Shown in pieces: positions 7,188-18,910 of a DNA stretch of 60,003 nt; the stretch's first letter is position 1, and every line of letters starts with the position of its first letter. The stretch is from Thermoleophilia bacterium (GTDB lineage Bacteria > Actinomycetota > Thermoleophilia > UBA2241). The notes under the pieces were generated by a model. It ran no database searches and had not been told where the DNA came from. It saw only the letters and a program-made list of their open reading frames with translations. The DNA lies in contig JAFGAW010000009.1 of NCBI GenBank assembly GCA_016933475.1, positions 1 through 60,003 of the forward strand. Reading direction: 5' to 3'. Position numbers and translations under genes: made by a program.

Positions 7188-9365
7188 CTACCGGGTCCCT
7201 GCCGCAGCCTGCGCGGCCCCCGACGCCGTCAGGCCCTCGACGGGCGCGGCGGAGTCGCCGCCGGCGCCGCCGGCGGCGCTCGAACCGCCGGTTTCGGCCT
7301 CGTCGGCCGGCGCGACCGCCCGGCGTACGCGGTCGACGAGTGCCGCGGCGAGCGCCGGGCGCGCCGCGCCGTCGAGGGCCCGCCAGGCCGTGCGGGCGTC
7401 GCCGCGGCCGAGATCGAGGACGCCGACGGCGGCGCGGTGCCGCTGCAGCCAGCCGTGCACGAGAAGGATCTCGTCGATACGTGTGCTGGGGAGCGGCGGC
7501 GCCGGCGGCGCGGCGGCCGCCAATTCGGCGAGGAAGTCGAGCGCCGCCGTGTGGTCGAACCCGGCGACGCGCACCTCGCGCTCGACGACGACCGCGCCGC
7601 CCCGTACCCCCCAGAGTCGCGCCCGACCTCGCGTGCGCGCGGGGTAGACGAGGACCGCCTCTTCGCGGACGGCGGCCGTGAGGCGCCTGATGGAGCGCAG
7701 GGCGCGCTCGGCCAGCTCGCGCTGCTCCTGCACGTGCTGGGCCTGCTCGAAGGCGAGCAGCTCGACGAGGTGCGCCTGACGCGCGACGAGGCGCGCGTCG
7801 AGGTCGGCGCCGTCGCCGTGCAGGACGCGGCGCACCTGCGACACCGCCTCGTCGTACTCCCCGTTCAGCTCGCGGCGGCAGGGGGCGAGGCAAGCGCCGG
7901 TGCCGGCGCGCGGGCAGGGGTGGTCGCCGTGACGTCCGCGTCTGCCGGTGCGCGCGCGGGCGCTCGCGCTCCGCGCCCCGCTCGAGCCGTCGCTCCGGGC
8001 CAGGCTCGCGCCGCCGTCCGCTCCGTCTCCCACCCGGCCACCCGCGCCGTCTCCCACCCGGTCACCCGCGCCGTCTCCCGCGCCGGCAGTACTTGCTCTG
8101 CGGCCCGAAGCCGGCAGCCGCACGCAGGTGCGCAGCGGGTAGGCGCTCGTGAGGCAGTCGACGAAGGCGCGTGCCAGGCTCGCCTTGCGGAACGGGCCGG
8201 CGTAGAGCCCGCCGTCGTCGCGCAGGTTGGGGGTGGCGTAGAGCCTTGGGTACTCCTCGCTCGTGAGCTTGGCGTAGTGGTAGGCGGGCACCCGCGTGCC
8301 GTGCTGGTTGTAAAGCGGGCGGTGGCGGGCGATGAGGCGCTGCTCGAGCAGCAGGGCGCCGAACTCGGAGCCCGTCTCGACGACGTCGATACGCTCGAGC
8401 AGCTCGAGCGCCTGCCGCGCCCCGTAGGCCTGCCGCTGCAGGAAGTGGTCGCGGGTGCGCCGGCGCAGGTTCTCGGCCTTACCGATGTAGAGGGCGTGCC
8501 CCGCCTTGTCGCGCATGACGTACACGCCGGGCCGTGTCGGCAGGCCCTCCGTGAGGGCGATCTTGTGGTAGTTGCGCCGCGATCCTGGCTCGCAGTAGCG
8601 GGCGACCTCCTCGAGGGTGGTCATGCCCTGCTCCTCGAGCCACGAGAGGAAGAGGAGGAGCAGCTCGGCGGTCGCCTGGGCGTCCCTGAGGGCCCGGTGC
8701 CCGGGCTTGACCGCCGTGTCGAAGCGCTCGGCGAGCGCGGCCAGCGAGCAGCGCTGCTGGGGGCAGAGCTTGCGCGCCAGGCGCAGCGTGTCGAGGACGG
8801 GCCGCTGGAAGGACTGGCGGCAGAGCCGCCCGAGCTCGTAGTCGAGGAAGCCGAGGTCGAAGCGCGCGTTGTGGGCGACGAGCACGGTGCCCTCGGCGAA
8901 CTCGACGAAGCGCGGGAGGACGGTCTCGACCGGCGGCGCGCCGGCCACGGTGCCGTCGTCGATGCCGGTCAGGCGGGTGATCATCGCGGGGATGTGCACG
9001 CGCGGGTCGACCAGCGACGAGAACGTCGCCGTCTGCGCGCCGCCCTCGACCCGCACGGCCCCGACCTCGGTGATCTTGGCGAGACCCGGGGTGCCGCCCG
9101 TGGTCTCGAGGTCGACCACGGTGAAGACGACGTCGCTGAGGTCGCGACGAGTGGCGCGCCAGGCCGCAAGGCCGAGGTGGACGTCGCTCTCCCAGACGAA
9201 GCGCTCGTCATTACGCACGATGTCGTCGACGAGCGCGTGCACGAGCGCGGGGGAACAGCCGGCGACGGGGAAGAGGTGCGGCCAGACTTCGCGGTAATCG
9301 AGGGCTTCGCCGGCCTGCTCGAGCAGAGCGAAGAGCTCATCGACGGTCGTGAAGGCGAGCTGCAC
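7188..9365 (-). CDS. DEDDh 3'-5' exonuclease (DnaQ/epsilon-like) fused to a GIY-YIG (UvrC/Cho-like) nuclease domain
   Basis: FTVVDLETTGG...AHNARFDLGFL...GHRALRDAQA (Exo I-III), then GVYVMRDKAGHALYIGKAENLRRRTRDHF...LLEQRLIARHRPLYN (GIY-YIG). 725 aa. Stop is TAG. Confidence 0.85.
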   Translation of the reverse strand: MQLAFTTVDELFALLEQAGEALDYREVWPHLFPVAGCSPALVHALVDDIVRNDERFVWESDVHLGLAAWRATRRDLSDVVFTVVDLETTGGTPGLAKITEVGAVRVEGGAQTATFSSLVDPRVHIPAMITRLTGIDDGTVAGAPPVETVLPRFVEFAEGTVLVAHNARFDLGFLDYELGRLCRQSFQRPVLDTLRLARKLCPQQRCSLAALAERFDTAVKPGHRALRDAQATAELLLLFLSWLEEQGMTTLEEVARYCEPGSRRNYHKIALTEGLPTRPGVYVMRDKAGHALYIGKAENLRRRTRDHFLQRQAYGARQALELLERIDVVETGSEFGALLLEQRLIARHRPLYNQHGTRVPAYHYAKLTSEEYPRLYATPNLRDDGGLYAGPFRKASLARAFVDCLTSAYPLRTCVRLPASGRRASTAGAGDGAGDRVGDGAGGRVGDGADGGASLARSDGSSGARSASARARTGRRGRHGDHPCPRAGTGACLAPCRRELNGEYDEAVSQVRRVLHGDGADLDARLVARQAHLVELLAFEQAQHVQEQRELAERALRSIRRLTAAVREEAVLVYPARTRGRARLWGVRGGAVVVEREVRVAGFDHTAALDFLAELAAAAPPAPPLPSTRIDEILLVHGWLQRHRAAVGVLDLGRGDARTAWRALDGAARPALAAALVDRVRRAVAPADEAETGGSSAAGGAGGDSAAPVEGLTASGAAQAAAGTR
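8013..8077. repeat. In-frame 24-nt tandem repeat (about 2.7 units) inside the exonuclease gene
   Basis: CCGTCTCCCACCCGG(C/T)CACCCGCG occurs twice plus a partial unit. It encodes the G/D/R-rich linker GAGDGAGDRVGDGAGGRVGDGADGG. Confidence 0.8.
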
Positions 9366-9405
9366 GACGTCATGGTACAGGGAGCGCCCGACGGATGCAC
9401 GGCAC

Positions 9406-9462
9406 CGCCGCGGTCCGGCTGCGCCGCCGCGGTCCGGCTGCGCCGCCGCGGTCCGGCGCCGC
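9406..9462. repeat. 19-nt tandem repeat, 3 units, upstream of the exonuclease gene
   Basis: CCGCCGCGGTCCGGCTGCG occurs twice perfectly, then CCGCCGCGGTCCGGCGCCG. Confidence 0.8.
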
Positions 9463-9783
9463 CGCCGTACCGCGGCCGGCCTGTGAGTCTCGGATCCGTT
9501 GCCCGGCCCGTCCAGGTGTCGTCCGTCCGCAAGGTGTGACCGGCTGGCCGGTCTCGCCGCCGCCGCCCGGCTGCGCCGCCGCCCGTCGTCACCGGGGTGA
9601 CCGGTTCGTCACTCTCGTGCGGGATCTCCGGCTGCGGCAGACTGCCGGTGCGCGCTGCGACGGCGGCTCTCCCCCGGCGGCTCCCGTCGCAGCACGAGGG
9701 CGGGAGGTGGGGTCGCGGGGCATCGACACGCGACGAGGGGCGGTCGCCCGCGCCGCGAGCGGCGCCGGCGGCGAGAGTCGCGC

Positions 9784-9907
9784 GGTCGGGGGCCGGCTGC
9801 TGACTCCCGGGGGGCCGGCCGCCGAGGCCCGGGGCGGGCTGTCGAGGTCGGGGGCCGGCCGCCGACGTCAGGGGCCGGCCGTCGAGGCTAGGCGCCGGCC
9901 CGTCGCA
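9784..9907. repeat. Degenerate ~20-nt tandem array (about 6 units). The last unit is the 3' end plus stop codon of the 9888..10334 gene.
   Basis: Units: GTCGGGGGCCGGCTGCTGAC / TCCCGGGGGGCCGGCCGCCGAG / GCCCGGGGCGGGCTGTCGAG / GTCGGGGGCCGGCCGCCGAC / GTCAGGGGCCGGCCGTCGAG / GCTAGGCGCCGGCCCGTCGCAG. Confidence 0.7.
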
Positions 9908-10334
9908 GTGGAGCGACGGCCAGCGCGGCGAGGGCTCCCGGCAGCAGGAAGAGGGCGAAGAAGAGCAGGAGGCCCGGCCCCCAGACGAAGTCGCCGGCTC
10001 TCATCACCAGCAGCACGGCCAGCGCGGCGAGGTTCGCCGCCACGGCGACGACGGCGCCGGCGAGCGGCAGGCGCCCACTGCCGGCGGTACCCCAGGCGGT
10101 GAAGGCACCGGCCGGCGCAACGAAGGCGTAGAGCGCGACGAGGGCGACGCCCGGCACGCTCCAGACCGCCGGCGAGCCCGGCCCCTGGCCGCCGCCGAAC
10201 GAGGCGGCGAGGTAGGCGACGAGCGGCGAGAGGGCGAGGGCGACGATGCCGGCGGCCAGCGCCAGCCGGGCCCCGGTGCGCTGTGGCCCCGCGGCCGGTG
10301 CGTCGTCTCTCCTCTTCTCCACTCTCGGCGCCAT
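9888..10334 (-). CDS. Hypothetical integral membrane protein
   Basis: 148 aa with four hydrophobic segments (LALAAGIVALALSPLVAYLAA..., VALVALYAFVAPAGAF..., LAGAVVAVAANLAALAVLLV..., LLLFFALFLLPGALAALAV). No family recognised. Stop is TAG. Confidence 0.45.
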   Translation of the reverse strand: MAPRVEKRRDDAPAAGPQRTGARLALAAGIVALALSPLVAYLAASFGGGQGPGSPAVWSVPGVALVALYAFVAPAGAFTAWGTAGSGRLPLAGAVVAVAANLAALAVLLVMRAGDFVWGPGLLLFFALFLLPGALAALAVAPLRRAGA

Positions 10335-10521
10335 GGCGCGCCGATGCTACCACCCCGGCAGACCGGCCGTCGGCCGCCCGGGCGGTGCGCGCCGCAGCGC
10401 AGCCCGGACGCGCCTCGCGGCGCGGTGGGGGCTGGCTGTGGCGCGCGCCGACGCGTTCGCCTCCCCGGGTGCGGTACGCGGGCGGCCGCCGCCTGGCGAG
10501 GCCCCGGCCGCGCGGGCCTCG

Positions 10522-10549
10522 TTACAGGCGTGTCGGCGAGGGGTAGAGT
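10522..10549 (+). promoter_or_regulatory. Candidate promoter of hsp20-lon
   Basis: TTACAG, 16 nt, TAGAGT. The -10 is embedded in GGGGTAGAGT, the same decamer found upstream of asp23 (36951-36960). Confidence 0.3.
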
Positions 10550-10624
10550 CTGCGGCACAGCAACCAGGAGAGCGCCCGCGGCGGGCAGCGTGCGTCCGCG
10601 GGGCGGTGGTCAAGGAGTCCTCCC

Positions 10625-11055
10625 GTGAGCAAAGAGAAGATGCAGAGCGAGGTACTGCGCGCCTTCAACGACTCGTGTGTCGTCAGCAGTCGCTCGCAGT
10701 ACCACGGCCGCGGGTTCAAACCCGCCGCCGACGCCTACTTCGAGGAGGAGACGCGCGAGATCGTCGTGCGTTTCGAGCTGCCCGGGATGGAGCGCGCCGA
10801 CATCGAGCTCTACATCGACCGTCGCGAGCTCGTGGTGCGCGGCGAGCGCACGTTCCCGACGGCCGGCGGGCGCGTCTACCAGCAGGTCGAGATGGACTAC
10901 GGTCCCTTCGAGCGCCACGTGCGCCTGATGGTCGACGTCGACCCCGAGAGCAGCAGCGCCACCTACGAGGCCGGCATCCTCGAGGTGCGCCTCGCGCTCG
11001 TCGAGCGCGAGGGCGCGCGGCGCATCCAGATCACCTCGACCGACGAGGAGCCGGC

Positions 11056-11059
<4 letters not shown>
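10625..11059 (+). CDS. Hsp20/alpha-crystallin family small heat-shock protein
   Basis: ADAYFEEETREIVVRFELPGMERADIELYIDRRELVVRGER...YGPFERHVRL...ATYEAGILEVRL. GTG start after AAGGAG. The stop overlaps the lon start (ATGA). Confidence 0.9.
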
Positions 11060-13818
<2,759 letters not shown>

Positions 13819-13903
13819 GCCGAGGCGTCGCGGCCCCGATCGCCGCGTGCGCACTCCCGCCGCGCTTGCGCCCCCTGCGCCCGGCGAAGGAAGATGGGGC
13901 GCC

Positions 13904-15394
13904 ATGCGCCCCAGCCTGACACTGCTCGACGACGCCGCCCTCGAGCGCCTGCGCGCGGCGACGCTCGACGTGCTCGGCAACACCGGCGTCGCCTTCAAGA
14001 GTGCCGCCGCCAGGGACGTGCTGCGCGACGCGGGGGCGCGGGTCGACAAGGAGTCGGGCGTCGTGTGGATCCCGCCGGAGCTCGTCGAGGCGACCGCCGC
14101 CGCGGCGCCCCGCGAGATCGTGCTCGGGGCCCGGGACGGCACCCACGACCTGCACCTCGACGGCAGCGCGACCTACCCTACGCACGACGGCATCGGCGCT
14201 TACGTGCTCGACCACCACACGTTCGAGCGCCGCCAGGCGACCCTCGACGACCTGCGCGCCGCCACTCTCGTGGGCGACGCCCTCGACGAGGTCGGCCTGA
14301 GCTGGTACGCGGTCAACCCGAGCGGCAGCGTCGAGCCCCGCCTCGAGGCCGTGCTCGCGACGCACACGCTGCTCACGGCGAGCGGCAAGCACGCCCAGGG
14401 CGCGGTGCTCGCGCCGCAGGACGTGCCCTATGTCATGGATCTGGCCGGGCTCGCCTCGCCGGGCGGGCGCTGGGACCCTGCCCACCCCGTGTTCTCGGCG
14501 ATCTACTGCCCGGTCTCGCCGCTGCAGCACGAGGCCGATGCCGTCGAGGCGGCGATGGCGCTGGTGCGGCAGCGCGTCCCGCTCAGCGTCTACGCGCTGC
14601 CCCTCGCCGGCGCCACCGCCCCGGCGACCCTCGCCGGCGCGATCGTGCAGACCAACGCCGAGGTGCTCTCCAGCGTCGTCCTCTTCCAGCTGCTCGAGCC
14701 CGGCTGCCCCCTGGTCTACGTCGCCAACGCCGCGCTCATGGACATGCACGCGGCGAGCTACGCGGCGGCGTCGCCGGAGAGCGTGCTCATGAACCTGGCC
14801 CTGGCCGAGCTCGGCCGTTCGTACGAGTTACCGATCCTCACCGTGGGCTTCTCGACCGACGCCTGGACGCCGGGATCCCGGCTCGGTGCCGAGTCCGCCC
14901 TGATGACGGCGACCGGGCTGCTCGCCGGGGCCGACATCCTCATCGGCATGGGGATGCTGAACTCGGCCAACGCCCTCTGCCTGCCCAAGCTGCTCCTCGA
15001 CGCCGAGCTCTGGGGCGCGTGCCGGCGCCTGGAGCGGGGCGTGGAGCTCGACGACGAGCACCTCATGCTCGACCTCATCCAGCGCGTGGGCCCGGGCGGC
15101 CATTACCTGTCGGCCAAGGAGACCTCGGCGACACTGCGCGCCGGTGAGCACTGGCGCCCCGACCTGTACCGGCGCGTCGCCTACGAGACCTGGCAGGCGG
15201 CGCGCCCGCCGGCGACGTCTCCCGTCGACCCGCTGGTGTCACCCGCGGCGAGCCCGCCCGACCCCGAGTGGGACGAGGCGGTCGAGCGCGTCGAGGCGCT
15301 CCTCGCCACGCACACCCCGCCGCCGCTGCCCGACGGGGCTCAGGCGGCCATGGCCGACGTCGTGGCCGCCGCCGAGCGTGAGCTGCCGGACTGA
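13904..15394 (+). CDS. MttB-superfamily methyltransferase, non-pyrrolysine paralog (quaternary-amine/glycine-betaine type candidate)
   Basis: MRPSLTLLDDAALERLRAATLDVLGNTGVAFKS...IYCPVSPLQHEADAVEAAMAL...LAGATAPATLAGAIVQTNAEVLS.... Colinear with the Pyl-containing mttB at 22595 and with the paralog at 24829. No internal TAG (ILTVGFSTDAW at the Pyl region). Confidence 0.85.
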   Translation: MRPSLTLLDDAALERLRAATLDVLGNTGVAFKSAAARDVLRDAGARVDKESGVVWIPPELVEATAAAAPREIVLGARDGTHDLHLDGSATYPTHDGIGAYVLDHHTFERRQATLDDLRAATLVGDALDEVGLSWYAVNPSGSVEPRLEAVLATHTLLTASGKHAQGAVLAPQDVPYVMDLAGLASPGGRWDPAHPVFSAIYCPVSPLQHEADAVEAAMALVRQRVPLSVYALPLAGATAPATLAGAIVQTNAEVLSSVVLFQLLEPGCPLVYVANAALMDMHAASYAAASPESVLMNLALAELGRSYELPILTVGFSTDAWTPGSRLGAESALMTATGLLAGADILIGMGMLNSANALCLPKLLLDAELWGACRRLERGVELDDEHLMLDLIQRVGPGGHYLSAKETSATLRAGEHWRPDLYRRVAYETWQAARPPATSPVDPLVSPAASPPDPEWDEAVERVEALLATHTPPPLPDGAQAAMADVVAAAERELPD

Positions 15395-15549
15395 GCGCGC
15401 AGCGCCGTCCGCGTCACGTGACGGCGCGCCCGACCGTCTCCTGTTGGCCAGCCCGTCCTCTCCGCCGTGTTGCCCTCGGTTTGCCTGCGTCTTACGATTC
15501 AGAGCCAGTGGACCGTGCGACCGTCTCGACCTCGAATGGGGGTAGCGCC

Positions 15550-15933
15550 GTGGATGTGAAGGAGCGTGAGGCAGCCAATGTGGGTGCAGGGCTGTGGAAG
15601 GGACTGGGGATGTGGGCCTGGCTCCTCTTCCGTGTCAGCGGCCTCATCCTGGCTGGCTATCTCTTTGTCCACATCGTCGTGATCTCGCAGGGGCGGGCCG
15701 GCGCCGACGCCCTCGACGACCTGATGGAGTTCTTCCACAACCCGATCATGGTCTTCTTCGAGCTCATGCTGGTGGCCGCCGTCCTCTACCACGCGCTCAA
15801 CGGGGTGCGCATTCTCCTTATGGACCTGGGTGTCGGCATCGGTCGGCACAAGGCGATCTTCTGGGTGGTCATGGTCGTCGCCGCGGCGACGCTGGCCGTC
15901 TTCACCTGGAGCGCCTGGCCCTCGATCTTCTAG
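15550..15933 (+). CDS. sdhC: Succinate dehydrogenase/fumarate reductase cytochrome b subunit
   Basis: Three TM helices (WAWLLFRVSGLILAGYLFVHIV..., VFFELMLVAAVLYHALNGVRILLMD..., IFWVVMVVAAATLAVF). First gene of sdhCDAB. The start (GTG 15550) is uncertain. Stop is TAG. Confidence 0.7.
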   Translation: MDVKEREAANVGAGLWKGLGMWAWLLFRVSGLILAGYLFVHIVVISQGRAGADALDDLMEFFHNPIMVFFELMLVAAVLYHALNGVRILLMDLGVGIGRHKAIFWVVMVVAAATLAVFTWSAWPSIF

Positions 15934-15943
15934 CCGGAGGCCG

Positions 15944-16309
15944 ATGATGATGAGACAAGAGGTCGTGGCGCGCGACACGGGCGGGATGTGGCCGTGGCTC
16001 GGCCAGCGTGTCACCGCCGTCCTGGTGCTGGTGACGATCATGATCCACCTGATCCTCACCCACCTGTTCGCGAGCGCTCCGCTGACGTTCGACGACATCG
16101 GTCAACGACTCGCCTCCGGCGCCGTGCTGCTGAACGACGCGCTGCTGCTGTTCGCGGTCGTGTTCCACGCGCTCAACGGGGTGCGCATGGTGGTCCTCGA
16201 CTACGCGCACCTCGGCAAGGGCCGCCGCGCTTTCGACGCCCTTCTCTGGGCGGTCGGCGCGGTGTCCGTCATCTACGGCATCTGGGCCCTCTGGGTCTGG
16301 GTCAGCTGA
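15944..16309 (+). CDS. sdhD: Succinate dehydrogenase membrane anchor subunit
   Basis: MMMRQEVVARDTGGMWPWLGQRVTAVLVLVTIMIHLILTH...FAVVFHALNGVRMVVLDY.... GGAGG lies 4 nt upstream of the ATG. Confidence 0.7.
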   Translation: MMMRQEVVARDTGGMWPWLGQRVTAVLVLVTIMIHLILTHLFASAPLTFDDIGQRLASGAVLLNDALLLFAVVFHALNGVRMVVLDYAHLGKGRRAFDALLWAVGAVSVIYGIWALWVWVS

Positions 16310-16322
16310 GGGGAGTGAAGCC

Positions 16323-18032
16323 ATGCCGGACCATCAGCTGATCGTCGTCGGCGGCGGGCTCGCCGGCCTGCGCGCCGCGATCGAGGCCCAGGAGGAGGGC
16401 GTGGACGTCGCCATCCTCAGTCAGGTCCACCCCGGCCGCAGTCACTCAGGCGCGGCGCAGGGCGGCGTCAACGCGGCACTCGCGAACAACCCCGACGGCC
16501 ACGACGATTCCCCGGAGAAGCACGCCTTCGACACGATCAAGGGGTCTGACTACCTCGCCGACCAGCCGGCGGCCCTGCAGATGACGACCGACGCCGTCCC
16601 GGCTATCTACCAGATGGAGCACTGGGGCTGCCCGTTCAGCCGTTACGACGACGGTCGCATCTCGCAGCGGCCGTTCGGCGGCGCCGGGTATCCGCGCACC
16701 TGCTACGGCGCCGACAAGACCGGTCACTACCTGCTGCACACGCTCGTCGAGCAGACCTACCGGCGGCAGATCCGACAGTACATCGAGTGGTTCGTCTGCC
16801 GGCTCATCGTCGACGACGGCATCTGCAGGGGCGTCATCGCCTACAACATGACCAAGGGCGGCTTCGAGGAGTTCCGCGCCGAGGGTGTCATCATGGCGAC
16901 GGGCGGCGCGGGTCGCACGTTCGCCAAGACCACCAACTCCATGATCAGCACGGGCGGGGGCGCCGCCATGGCCTACCACGCCGGCGTGCCGCTCAAGGAC
17001 ATGGAGTTCGTCCAGTTCCACCCGACGGGGCTGTATACGACGCATATCCTCATGACCGAGGGCTGCCGCGGAGAAGGCGGGTATCTGCTCAACAAGGACG
17101 GCGAGCGCTTCATGGCGAGGTACGCGCCCAAGGCGATGGAGCTCGCCCCCCGCGACATCACCGCACGATCGATCCAGACCGAGATCATCGAGGGTCGCGG
17201 CATCGACGGTAAGGACTACGTGTACCTCGACCTGAGGCACCTCGGCGCGGAGAAGCTCGCCGACCGCCTCCCGGGCACGCGCGACCTGGCCATCCACTTC
17301 GAGGGTGTCGACCCGGTCTACGAGCCCATCCCGATCGCCCCGGCGCAGCACTACTCGATGGGCGGCATCGACACCGACGTCGACGGGCGCACGCTCATGC
17401 CGGGGTTGTACGCCGCCGGCGAGTGCGGCTGCGTCACCGTGCACGGGGCCAACCGTCTGGGCGGCAACTCACTGCTCGAGACGATCGTCTTCGGTCGTCG
17501 GGCCGGCGCCGCCGCCGCGCGCGACATCCTCGGCCGCGAGCGTCCGCTCGGGCCGGTCAAGAGCGGCGGCGAAGCCGGCGCCGCCGTCGAGTCGACCATC
17601 GCCGAGCTGGCCGCGCGCGAGGGCTCGGAGGACTTCTACGCCATCCGCGAAGAGATGAGGGAAGCGATGTTCGCCCACTTCGGGCTCTTCCGCGACGAGG
17701 CGACGATGAAGGCCGGGGTCGATATCCTGCTCGACCTCAAGCAGCGGCTCAAGAAGGCGAAGCTGCGCTACACGGGGAGCGTCTGGAACCTCGACATGAT
17801 CCGCACGATGGAGTTCGAGGGCATGGTGGACGTCGCGCTCGCTACGGCGAGCGGCGCCCTCGTGCGTACCGAGTCGCGCGGTTCGCACGCGCGCACCGAC
17901 TACACGGCCCGCGACGACGAGCGCTGGCTCAGACACACGCTCGCGTACTACCAGCCCGACGGCGGACCGCCGCGTCTCGAGTACGAGCCGGTCGAGCTGG
18001 GCCTGTACGAGCCGCAGGAGAGGAAGTACTGA
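16323..18032 (+). CDS. sdhA: Succinate dehydrogenase/fumarate reductase flavoprotein subunit
   Basis: VVGGGLAGLRAA, HSGAAQGG (FAD attachment His), HPTG, RGEGG, HGANRLGGNSLLE. 569 aa. Confidence 0.95.
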   Translation: MPDHQLIVVGGGLAGLRAAIEAQEEGVDVAILSQVHPGRSHSGAAQGGVNAALANNPDGHDDSPEKHAFDTIKGSDYLADQPAALQMTTDAVPAIYQMEHWGCPFSRYDDGRISQRPFGGAGYPRTCYGADKTGHYLLHTLVEQTYRRQIRQYIEWFVCRLIVDDGICRGVIAYNMTKGGFEEFRAEGVIMATGGAGRTFAKTTNSMISTGGGAAMAYHAGVPLKDMEFVQFHPTGLYTTHILMTEGCRGEGGYLLNKDGERFMARYAPKAMELAPRDITARSIQTEIIEGRGIDGKDYVYLDLRHLGAEKLADRLPGTRDLAIHFEGVDPVYEPIPIAPAQHYSMGGIDTDVDGRTLMPGLYAAGECGCVTVHGANRLGGNSLLETIVFGRRAGAAAARDILGRERPLGPVKSGGEAGAAVESTIAELAAREGSEDFYAIREEMREAMFAHFGLFRDEATMKAGVDILLDLKQRLKKAKLRYTGSVWNLDMIRTMEFEGMVDVALATASGALVRTESRGSHARTDYTARDDERWLRHTLAYYQPDGGPPRLEYEPVELGLYEPQERKY

Positions 18033-18751
18033 TGGCCGACATCACGTTCCACGTCAGGCGCTTCGACCCCGCCAGCGGCGAACCGCCTCACTACGAGGAC
18101 TTCGTGGTCTCCGTCGAGGGCAGCATGACGGTCCTGGAGGCGCTCTTCGCGATCCAGGAGCAGCAGGACGGCTCGCTGGCCTTCCGCTACTGCTGCCGGT
18201 CGTCCATCTGCGGCTCGTGCGCGATGTACATCAACGGCCGCTACCGCCTCGCCTGTCAGACGAACGTCCTGCACATGGGCGTGCCGAGGGTGACGGTCGA
18301 GCCGTTGCCGCACGTGCCCGTGGTGCGGGACCTCGTCTGGGACATGGACGACTTCTTCGAGAAGTACGAGTCGATCAAGCCGTGGCTGATCCGCAACTCC
18401 AAGCTGCCGGACACCGAGGTGACGCAGTCGCCGGAGGAGCGTCACAAGCTCAACATGCCCATCGACTGCATCCTCTGCGCGGCGTGCTACAGCTCCTGCC
18501 CTTCGGTGTGGGGCGAGGAGCACTTCCTCGGCCCGGCGGCGCTTCTCAAGGCCTACCGCTTCGAGGTCGACTCGCGCGACGAGGCGGGCAAGGAGCGGCT
18601 ACCCACCTGGGACAATGAGCGCGGCGTCTACCGCTGCCACACGATCACCAACTGCATCGAGGCCTGCCCCAAGGAGCTCAGCCCGACCGAGGGCATCCAG
18701 TGGCTCAAGGGCTCGGCCGTGCGCCGGCGGCTGCTCGGGCGCAAGAAGTGA
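18032..18751 (+). CDS. sdhB: Succinate dehydrogenase/fumarate reductase iron-sulfur subunit
   Basis: CRSSICGSCAMYINGRYRLAC, CILCAACYSSCP, CHTITNCIEACP. The ATG overlaps the sdhA TGA by 1 nt. Confidence 0.95.
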   Translation: MADITFHVRRFDPASGEPPHYEDFVVSVEGSMTVLEALFAIQEQQDGSLAFRYCCRSSICGSCAMYINGRYRLACQTNVLHMGVPRVTVEPLPHVPVVRDLVWDMDDFFEKYESIKPWLIRNSKLPDTEVTQSPEERHKLNMPIDCILCAACYSSCPSVWGEEHFLGPAALLKAYRFEVDSRDEAGKERLPTWDNERGVYRCHTITNCIEACPKELSPTEGIQWLKGSAVRRRLLGRKK

Positions 18752-18783
18752 GCCGCGCGGCGAGGGCCGCGAGGGGGCGAGGT

Positions 18784-18815
18784 GCGAGACGCGCGGCGGG
18801 GGCCGCGCGTCTCGC
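18784..18815 (+). terminator. Hairpin downstream of sdhB
   Basis: 14-bp perfect stem GCGAGACGCGCGGC / GCCGCGCGTCTCGC with a GGGG loop. No T-tract. Confidence 0.45.
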
Positions 18816-18867
18816 GTGACGGGCTGAGGGGCGCCGCGGCACGAGCCGAGGCGCGGGAGCGGGAGCC

Positions 18868-18910
18868 GGCGTGCCGGCCGGCGTCAGGGACCGTCGCCGG
18901 CCGGCACGCC
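18868..18910. terminator. 16-bp inverted repeat enclosing the TetR stop codon
   Basis: GGCGTGCCGGCCGGCG (18868-18883), 11-nt loop containing TCA (the stop on the minus strand), CGCCGGCCGGCACGCC (18895-18910). Confidence 0.4.

Noticed and set aside
9784-9907. CRISPR array among the tandem repeats (9784-9907, 24035-24145, 41782-41900, 46441-46564).
   Set aside because: Units are 19-32 nt in total with little or no unique spacer between them and are degenerate. There are no cas genes. They do not fit repeat-spacer architecture.
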